Source: Candidatus Poribacteria bacterium (GTDB lineage Bacteria; Poribacteria; WGA-4E; WGA-3G). From it: DNA of 64,000 nucleotides. The position numbers and the translations under genes are program-made. This document shows positions 57,078 to 64,000 of this stretch, piece after piece. The stretch's first letter is position 1; every line of letters begins with the position of its first letter. The stretch lies in the NCBI GenBank assembly GCA_965215265.1, contig OZ244048.1:3008001-3072000 (forward strand), written 5' to 3'. The notes below the pieces were generated by a model, which was given only the letters and a program-made list of their open reading frames with translations, made no database searches and was not told the DNA's origin.

Positions 57078-57953
57078 TTACATGATAGCGCCTTCCGGAA
57101 GCAAAATGACTTCAACACGGCGATTCATGGCTCTGCCGGTGGAAGTATTCTGTGGTGCGACCGGGTCGGTGTGCGCTTTGCCAATTGCCTCAATTCTGTC
57201 AGCATCAATGCCTTTATCTTTGAGATATTTAGCGGCTGAGTTGGCGCGTGCCTGAGAGAGATCCCAATTGCTTCGATACGTCCCGCGTAGTACAGGTGAG
57301 CCGTCTGCGTGTCCGACAACGATGATTTTTGCATCCGCGTTTGCCGTCAACTCTTCAATAATGCCATCAAGCATCTCTTTCGCCTCGCTGGAGAGTCTTG
57401 TGTGTCCACTGGCAAAATTGACGGTAACCAGCATCCTAGGTTTTGCGGCAACTTGCATTTGGACTTCGGAAATTGCCTCTTCAGCTGCCATGAGTTGGGA
57501 ACGGATCATCTTTATCTCATCTTGCAGTGCTTTATCTGCTTTTTCCAATTCCATGTGCTGCTTTTGCAGTTTAGCATCTTCCGCTTTGGTAAACGCCATC
57601 GCCTTTTCGCCCTGCATATCAATGGCCTTGGTCAAGTCTACCCGAAGTTGCGCATCCTGTTCTTTGGCATTTTGCATCGCAGCGGCAATCGAGTCAGCAT
57701 CTCCTTGCTGTGAAGCGGCAATCGCCTCATCTTTTGCTTTGGAGATTGACTCCGTCAGGTCGGCTTTCTGCTGGTCTACTTTGCCATCTAACATCGTAAT
57801 CTTATTCGACATATCAGAGTTGGCTTGCTCCACTGCCGAAACATGCTCATTCTTCCACATTTCAAATTCTTCTTGGTTTAACTTGCCACAGCCACTGACA
57901 ACAAGCACTATGCTAAAAAGAACTATCATTGTGAAAACTGTCGTATTTTTCAT
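57078..57953 (-). CDS. Lipoprotein with long coiled coil and OmpA/MotB peptidoglycan-binding domain
   Basis: Lipobox VVSGC, heptad-rich middle, GHAD...NWDLSQARA...NRRVEV. Confidence 0.85.
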   Translation of the reverse strand: MKNTTVFTMIVLFSIVLVVSGCGKLNQEEFEMWKNEHVSAVEQANSDMSNKITMLDGKVDQQKADLTESISKAKDEAIAASQQGDADSIAAAMQNAKEQDAQLRVDLTKAIDMQGEKAMAFTKAEDAKLQKQHMELEKADKALQDEIKMIRSQLMAAEEAISEVQMQVAAKPRMLVTVNFASGHTRLSSEAKEMLDGIIEELTANADAKIIVVGHADGSPVLRGTYRSNWDLSQARANSAAKYLKDKGIDADRIEAIGKAHTDPVAPQNTSTGRAMNRRVEVILLPEGAIM

Positions 57954-58426
57954 GGATTTCTCCTATTTAATTCCCCCAATCTAGCGGGGATGAAAACAAT
58001 TTCTATAAATGTGACCAATCGTTGATCTCTGCCGAGCCAAGCGCGGCTCACAAACATATCTTGTAAAGACACCCCCATTATAAACATATCATGCAACTCC
58101 CAAAGTTGAACCAGATGAAAATACGAGGTGCTGATTAGAATGTTTATCGAACCGGTCTTGAGAATTCCGTATGCAAATAGGGCACCTGTGTCACAAAGAT
58201 TAAGTGTACTTTTTATAAACGATTTCGTTATATATTATACTATCGTTTGTGCAAAAAAGTCAAACGTTTTTTTTGTTTTGTGCTTGCAATATAAAGGGAC
58301 TTGATTTTTCAACACGGATCAGGTAAAATATGTCTTATTCACGTTATACGTTATTGGGCAGCGCACAACCATCATAAACAGTCACTCTACTGCACTGAAC
58401 TCTGTTGCTCAATATAGGTTTTTATT

Positions 58427-59776
58427 ATGGGACAGATAAGTATCATTTTAATTGGGGGGCTGCTCTTTCTGCTTTCCTATGAGCCTTTGGAGAAGAGTCT
58501 GGAACTGAGCAGCACAGAGGTGATTCTCTGGACACTTCTACTCACTGCTGCTCCGGGGATGTTAGCGTATATCATAACGGTATATGCAAGCCGGGAGTTG
58601 TCGCCATCCGGAACAGAGAATCTCAACAAACTTTACCGCCTCAGGCGTTTCATGATTGTTTTTGAATGCCTTAGCTTAGCGGCCTACGTGTGTAATTTAT
58701 ATGTGTTAAATTTACCATGGTTCATTGATAAACACCTTGCCTTTCTTCCTATGAAAACGCTGCAGCAGGCTGTGGCAATCCTCCCCCTGCTTACCGGACT
58801 TGTGTTCATACGCCTTGTCTTCTATCAAATGAGTCGGAATCCGCAGGTTCGCTATCGGGAGATTCTTAGTCTCCAGATCAAATTTTTGCTTTTACCCTTG
58901 ATTCCGATGTTTGTTTATTTCATCACACGCGATCTCATCTACCTCCTTCCTGATCGGGCAAAGTTGTTTCTGATGGAGTATCCGTACATTTTGATTGGGA
59001 TACTGCTTTTTCCGGGAATCGCGTTTGCATACCTATTTACGCCTTTACTGATGCAATTTCTCTGGAAAACTATACCGCTCACGGATGATGTGGTGAAACA
59101 AAAACTCGCGCGGTTAGTAAAGCGGAGTGGGGTCAAGTTTCGAGATATTGTTGTCTGGCAAACCGGAGCGCTCTCTATAGCGAACGCCGCCGTTGCAGGA
59201 ACCGTGCCCTGGAACCGCCGAATTTTTTTGACAGACGCACTCTTACGCTATTTCACGGATGAACAGATCGAGACAATTGTCGCACATGAACTCGGGCATA
59301 TCCGCTATAGACATATTCCAACGTACATGCTATTTTCACTTATCTATCTGCTAAGCTACTTACCGTTTTATAGGTTTGTTGAAGCACCCCTCGCTGCTTT
59401 TCTCGGAGACACACCAATCCTCTCAACCTTATCCGCCTTGGCGTTTTTCTCAGTCTATTTTGTGCTACTATTCCGGTATCTCTCAAGACGTTGTGAACAT
59501 CAGGCAGATCTGTATGCAGTGACGTTAACAGAGAACCCGGAGGCATTTAAAACCGCATTGATGAATCTCTCTATGCTAAATTCTCTGCCAAAATCAATTA
59601 AGCGGTTCTTTGAATTATTTAATACGCATCCCTCCGTTGCTCGACGGATTGATTTCGTGAACCAGTTCGAAGAAAAAAGTGAATCGGTGCAACGTTATAA
59701 AACCTATCTGCTTGAAGTTAAAATCTTAATTGTGCTTCTACCTGTCTTCAGTCTCCTCGCGTTTATGCTGATCTAA
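58427..59776 (+). CDS. M48 family membrane metallopeptidase
   Basis: ANAAVAG, AHELGH, EHQAD, THPSVARRI. Confidence 0.85.
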   Translation: MGQISIILIGGLLFLLSYEPLEKSLELSSTEVILWTLLLTAAPGMLAYIITVYASRELSPSGTENLNKLYRLRRFMIVFECLSLAAYVCNLYVLNLPWFIDKHLAFLPMKTLQQAVAILPLLTGLVFIRLVFYQMSRNPQVRYREILSLQIKFLLLPLIPMFVYFITRDLIYLLPDRAKLFLMEYPYILIGILLFPGIAFAYLFTPLLMQFLWKTIPLTDDVVKQKLARLVKRSGVKFRDIVVWQTGALSIANAAVAGTVPWNRRIFLTDALLRYFTDEQIETIVAHELGHIRYRHIPTYMLFSLIYLLSYLPFYRFVEAPLAAFLGDTPILSTLSALAFFSVYFVLLFRYLSRRCEHQADLYAVTLTENPEAFKTALMNLSMLNSLPKSIKRFFELFNTHPSVARRIDFVNQFEEKSESVQRYKTYLLEVKILIVLLPVFSLLAFMLI

Positions 59777-59995
59777 GGATCCTGCAAATAGTATTAGAAT
59801 TCCTAGTGATTGCATAGGTGTTGTCCATCTCAATCTCATCTATCACTAAAGGTGCGAACATTTTCTCTTGACCCGTGTCTAAGAGATAAGGTATACTTTA
59901 TTAAAGCTATATTGGACCTGTGAGGTTCTCTTATAGTATAGATAGTATAGAATTGAAACGAAAAGATTACTTCTAAAATAAAAAGGAGAATTACG

Positions 59996-60571
59996 ATGAA
60001 AACGAAATTTCTCAGCTTATTCGTGCTCATTAGCATTGCTGCTATTTCACAATTGGCGGGTGCGGCGGATACATATAATTTAGATACGGCGCATTCAATG
60101 ATTATTTTCCGTGCGAAACACATGGGTGTCAGTTACAACTACGGTAGATTTAATGAATTTTCAGGCAAAATCACCGTCTATGAAAACGATGCGTCCAAAA
60201 ATACCGTGGAATTCGAAGTGAAAGCGGCGAGTGTTGATACGGGCAACGAAAAACGCGATCAGCACCTCAGAAGTCCTGATTTCCTCAATGCTAAACAATT
60301 TCCTGTTCTTACCTTCAAAAGCACCGATGTGAAAAAAGTAGACGAGGAGACACTGGAAATTATAGGCGACCTTGAACTCCATGGTGTAAAGAAATCGGTG
60401 ACGATTACTGTGGAAATTACTGGAAAAGCTGAAGGAAGACAAGGCGAATCTCTAATCGGTTTTGAAAGCACGTTTACTATCAAGCGCAGTGAATTTGGGA
60501 TGAATTATGGAATGGGTGCTGTGAGTGATGAAATCCGCGTTATCGTGAGTGTTGAAGCAGTCAGAAAATAG
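59996..60571 (+). CDS. yceI: YceI family protein
   Basis: LDTAHS, SVDTGNEKRDQHLRSPDF, IKRSEFG. Confidence 0.9.
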   Translation: MKTKFLSLFVLISIAAISQLAGAADTYNLDTAHSMIIFRAKHMGVSYNYGRFNEFSGKITVYENDASKNTVEFEVKAASVDTGNEKRDQHLRSPDFLNAKQFPVLTFKSTDVKKVDEETLEIIGDLELHGVKKSVTITVEITGKAEGRQGESLIGFESTFTIKRSEFGMNYGMGAVSDEIRVIVSVEAVRK

Positions 60572-60645
60572 GGTCCGTTGAGAGTTGCGAGGAGCCTTAT
60601 TGAGAGTGGATGTCCGATTCCTGTCCTTATTGAGGAACTGCAAAA

Positions 60646-61509
60646 ATGCTGAATTTTAACACTATTTTTTTTAGCTTGATTTTACCTGCCCTAGTGTGTG
60701 GTGGAATTTTTGCTAGTGCCTCGTTGTCAAGGCAACACAATAGTCGTGGATGGATACCAGCATTGGCAGTGGCAAGTGGATATATCATAGGTTACCTTGG
60801 TTTAGAAGGCAGGGTCCCTTTACCCCCTAAAGAAGGTATCCATTGGCTTTTTTATTTGGCGTTAATCAGTTTCATTGCAGCAGCAGTTCGACTTCTGCCC
60901 AATTGGTGCCGCTGGAGTATTCGTGCAATTATATCTTTTGCTATTCCGCGGCTCCTGTTGGACTCAATATTCAAATATACTTGGGGAATGGCTGAAGAGA
61001 CAATCTGGTGGTTTTGTCTCGCGGCGGCGATTTTCGGGTTCTGGACGATAGTTGAACGGAGTGCTGCCGTTTTACCAGCCGGAGCATCTATGCCGTTTGT
61101 GTTTTTGGGTATAGCGGGCAGCAGTGCGTTAATTTTGGCCCTCTCGGGTAGTCTACGGCAGGCACAACATAACGGGATTGTAGTGGCTATGTTCGCTGCA
61201 ATTTGGATTGTTGCACTCATCCTACCCCGGCTGGTAAACTCAGAAAATGCACACCATGTCCTTCTACCGGATGCATCGGCAGGTATAGCCCTCCTACTGA
61301 GCGGACTCTGGTTAAACGGTTATTTTTTTTCAGAGGTGCCTGGGATAAGCGTTGTCTTATTAGCGGTTTCGCCAATACTTGCATGGGTAAGCGCTGCGCG
61401 TAAATCTACACCTCTCCAAATTGTATTAATCGCATTACCTGTTCTCATTGCGATAGGCATTGCTGTTGCACGTTCAGGTTTCTTCGGTGACAGTGGTGAT
61501 TTTGTCTGA
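60646..61509 (+). CDS. Hypothetical polytopic membrane protein
   Basis: About 9-10 hydrophobic segments, no recognised motif. Confidence 0.6.
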   Translation: MLNFNTIFFSLILPALVCGGIFASASLSRQHNSRGWIPALAVASGYIIGYLGLEGRVPLPPKEGIHWLFYLALISFIAAAVRLLPNWCRWSIRAIISFAIPRLLLDSIFKYTWGMAEETIWWFCLAAAIFGFWTIVERSAAVLPAGASMPFVFLGIAGSSALILALSGSLRQAQHNGIVVAMFAAIWIVALILPRLVNSENAHHVLLPDASAGIALLLSGLWLNGYFFSEVPGISVVLLAVSPILAWVSAARKSTPLQIVLIALPVLIAIGIAVARSGFFGDSGDFV

Positions 61510-61723
61510 GTTATGTCTGTTACCGTGAGATTGTTGGTCCCATCCATTTTTTTTACGGATTACCTGAACGTGTGTCTTTTGAATATAGTGAAGACAGTCA
61601 GTATCCCGGGCGTACTTGTCCCAAAACGAAGTTACTGAAAAGATTGCTGCGCTGCACCTATATGAAACAGTTTTAAATTTTAAATTCAATTCATCACCCA
61701 TCAAAATCCGGAGGTAAAATTAG

Positions 61724-64000
61724 ATGAAATCAGGAGACCATGTTATATTTTGTGCGTTCGCACTTCTTCTCGGGGCAATCACCTTTGTAAACGGGTGTGT
61801 GAGGACAGAAACGACGCGAAAAGCCGACTGGGAGACCCACTTTACCGATTTGCAATTTGTAAATTCGAAACAGGGTTGGATTGTCGGACTTGAGGGACTG
61901 ATCGTCCATACGGAAGACGGCGGAAAAACGTGGAAAAAACAAGAAGTTGACACAACCGGGGATTTTAAGGCGCTCTATTTTGTTAATACGCGTTATGGAT
62001 GGGCAGTTGGAGACGAAGGGCTCGTCGCCACAACAGACGATGGGGGTAGACACTGGACGTTGCAAAAAAGTGGCACGCATGCGATGCTCCGCGATGTCTT
62101 TTTTGCAAATTCAAAAGAAGGGTGGATTGTCGGGGAAGATGCCGATGTCATTTACACTAAAAACGGTGGCAAAGAATGGAAACGCTATGAGTACGTCAGC
62201 GAATTCCCACTCAACGGCGTTTGGTTCGTTGATGATTCCAAAGGTTGGGTTGTCGGCACCTATGATAGGATTTTCCATACCAAAAACGGGGGCGAATCGT
62301 GGAACGAACAGAGCAACCGGTTTGAAGGTGAACGCGACCGCATGATTAACGATAATAAAAAAGTCTTCTTCATCAGTGACAATGAAGGCTGGCTTGTTGG
62401 AAGCGACGGATCGATTTTCCATACCACGACAAGCGGTGTCAACTGGGAACGACAAGACAGCCGGATTCCACTCATTAATGGGCATGTGCGGGATACTATT
62501 AACAGCATCCATTTTACAGATGAGAATTACGGTATCGCCGTCGCGGATGTCGGATTTATTACGCGAACCCACGACGGGGGTGAGAATTGGCAATTAATGG
62601 AAAGCGGTACTGAAAATAATTTAACTGCAATCCAATGGACATCCGCCAAAGAGGCATGGGCGGTCGGATGGTATGGAACGATTCTCCACACCGCGGATGC
62701 GGGTGCCACGTGGCAGATGAAGAGCGGGACCACGGCGAACGATCTTCAGAACGTCCAATTTACGGACGCGAACCGTGCTATTGCTGTCGGCAGAAGAGGG
62801 ACTATGGCGATGAGCAACGATGGTGGCCAAACATGGAACGAAGTTGACACAGACATCTGGGACGGAATCTGGAACATCTATTTTGCCTCTGACAAGCATG
62901 GATGGGCAGTCGGTGAACGTGGCCTCATTGTTCATACCAACGACGGTGGACAAAATTGGGAACCTCAACGGGGACCTTCAGCTTTTACGCTTCGGGCTGT
63001 TCACTTTATTAATCCTAAGACAGGCTGGATTGTTGGAGACCTCGGAACCATTCTACATACAATGGATGGTGGCATAACTTGGCTCCCGCAAATTCCAATT
63101 GGGGATTTTCATTCTCTTATGCTGAAAGGTGTCTTTTTCCTTGATGAAAAGAGAGGCTGGGCAATCGGTTGGCCAGGAATTTGCCTCTCAACACATGATG
63201 GTGGTTTGACCTGGAACCAACAGGAGACACCAACCTTCAACGAACTTTACGGCATTTACTTCGCAGATGAAAAAATAGGCTGGATTGTCGGACAGTTTGG
63301 CGAAATTTTATATACGAAAAACGGCGGAAAAAATTGGAGGTTCCAGCGGAGTGGCACGCAAGAAAATCTAAATAAACTCTATTTTGCCGATGCAAATCAT
63401 GGACTGATTGTCGGAGATAACGGCGTGATTCTGACAACCGTTAACGGCGGCACCAAGTGGGAAATCCAAGAGAGCGGTACCGAAAATGACCTTTACGGAT
63501 TAGCCCTATCGCCCGAAGGCGTTGTGGCTGTTGGCAAAGGTGGTATTGCGATGCGGTACTCGGTTGAAGAAATAGAACTACCTGCCAAGTTACCACCTGT
63601 CGCCGAGGTGGAGATAGTAACTGCAGAGAAAGAAACGGTTGTTGAACCGGTTGTCTACCACTGGGATATTATCCGTCAAGCAGCGTGGCGAACTAACTTT
63701 TCAGATATCCATTTCGCGGACGCACAAAACGGGTGGGCAGTCGGCTCAGGTGGTGCAATAGCCCGTACTTCGGACGGTGGGGAGACCTGGCTTCCGCAAC
63801 ACAGCGGCGTAACTGACAATTTGCAGCATGTAGAATTTGATGACGAAAAACATGGTAGAATCCTTGGAGCTGGAGTCTTACTCAAGACGGATAATGGAGG
63901 CGAAACATGGGAAATAGTTGTCCAAACAACGAAACAAAACCTTCCGCGTGTCAGCACAATGCACTTCTTGAATGCTGAAGAGGGGTGGCTTGGTGCCGCG
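61724..64000 (+). CDS. Large YCF48-related / BNR-repeat lipoprotein (runs off the window)
   Basis: Not in the ORF track because it is truncated. GGAGG SD, ATG 61724, lipobox-like VNGC, many GWxVG...TxDGGxxW repeats; same frame still open at the window end. Confidence 0.85.
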   Translation, partial: MKSGDHVIFCAFALLLGAITFVNGCVRTETTRKADWETHFTDLQFVNSKQGWIVGLEGLIVHTEDGGKTWKKQEVDTTGDFKALYFVNTRYGWAVGDEGLVATTDDGGRHWTLQKSGTHAMLRDVFFANSKEGWIVGEDADVIYTKNGGKEWKRYEYVSEFPLNGVWFVDDSKGWVVGTYDRIFHTKNGGESWNEQSNRFEGERDRMINDNKKVFFISDNEGWLVGSDGSIFHTTTSGVNWERQDSRIPLINGHVRDTINSIHFTDENYGIAVADVGFITRTHDGGENWQLMESGTENNLTAIQWTSAKEAWAVGWYGTILHTADAGATWQMKSGTTANDLQNVQFTDANRAIAVGRRGTMAMSNDGGQTWNEVDTDIWDGIWNIYFASDKHGWAVGERGLIVHTNDGGQNWEPQRGPSAFTLRAVHFINPKTGWIVGDLGTILHTMDGGITWLPQIPIGDFHSLMLKGVFFLDEKRGWAIGWPGICLSTHDGGLTWNQQETPTFNELYGIYFADEKIGWIVGQFGEILYTKNGGKNWRFQRSGTQENLNKLYFADANHGLIVGDNGVILTTVNGGTKWEIQESGTENDLYGLALSPEGVVAVGKGGIAMRYSVEEIELPAKLPPVAEVEIVTAEKETVVEPVVYHWDIIRQAAWRTNFSDIHFADAQNGWAVGSGGAIARTSDGGETWLPQHSGVTDNLQHVEFDDEKHGRILGAGVLLKTDNGGETWEIVVQTTKQNLPRVSTMHFLNAEEGWLGAA

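Noticed and set aside
1-64000. tRNA, rRNA or cas genes
   Set aside because: No cloverleaf with T-loop consensus, rRNA-like segment or Cas motif was recognised by eye; a tRNAscan or Infernal run would be needed to exclude them fully

Overview
Bacterial chromosomal window, GC about 45-50% by eye. The gene inventory suggests Candidatus Poribacteria or a similar sponge-associated diderm (inference only): three intact PhyH-like dioxygenases, three Gfo/Idh/MocA oxidoreductases, a sulfatase-family enzyme, a DUF1501 + PSD1/planctomycete cytochrome c pair, TPR and YCF48 proteins, a PorV-like barrel and a T9SS-CTD-like protein. Housekeeping genes include bioF, queF, pcm, thrB, uppS-like, rsgA and yceI. 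The most striking locus is a defence island at about 14.9-23.1 kb. It holds two tandem type III mod genes with near-identical N- and C-termini but unrelated target-recognition domains. Each is broken by the same C9 homopolymer (C10 would restore the frame). A 130-bp res scar sits between them and one intact res gene follows. A converging TcmP/DUF5131 pair closes the island. A second accessory spot (29.9-31.9 kb) is an Rpn-like PD-(D/E)XK gene with a strong internal SD+ATG and 36-bp tandem repeats, apparently inserted into a split phyH gene next to a decayed paralogue. Other oddities: a P-type ATPase lacking all catalytic motifs, a Thr-type sulfatase-like motif, an HxA (halogenase-like) PhyH, a three-copy intergenic repeat and several candidate structured leaders. 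No rRNA, tRNA, cas gene or convincing CRISPR array was seen. All family calls come from motif recognition by eye; no database searches were run.
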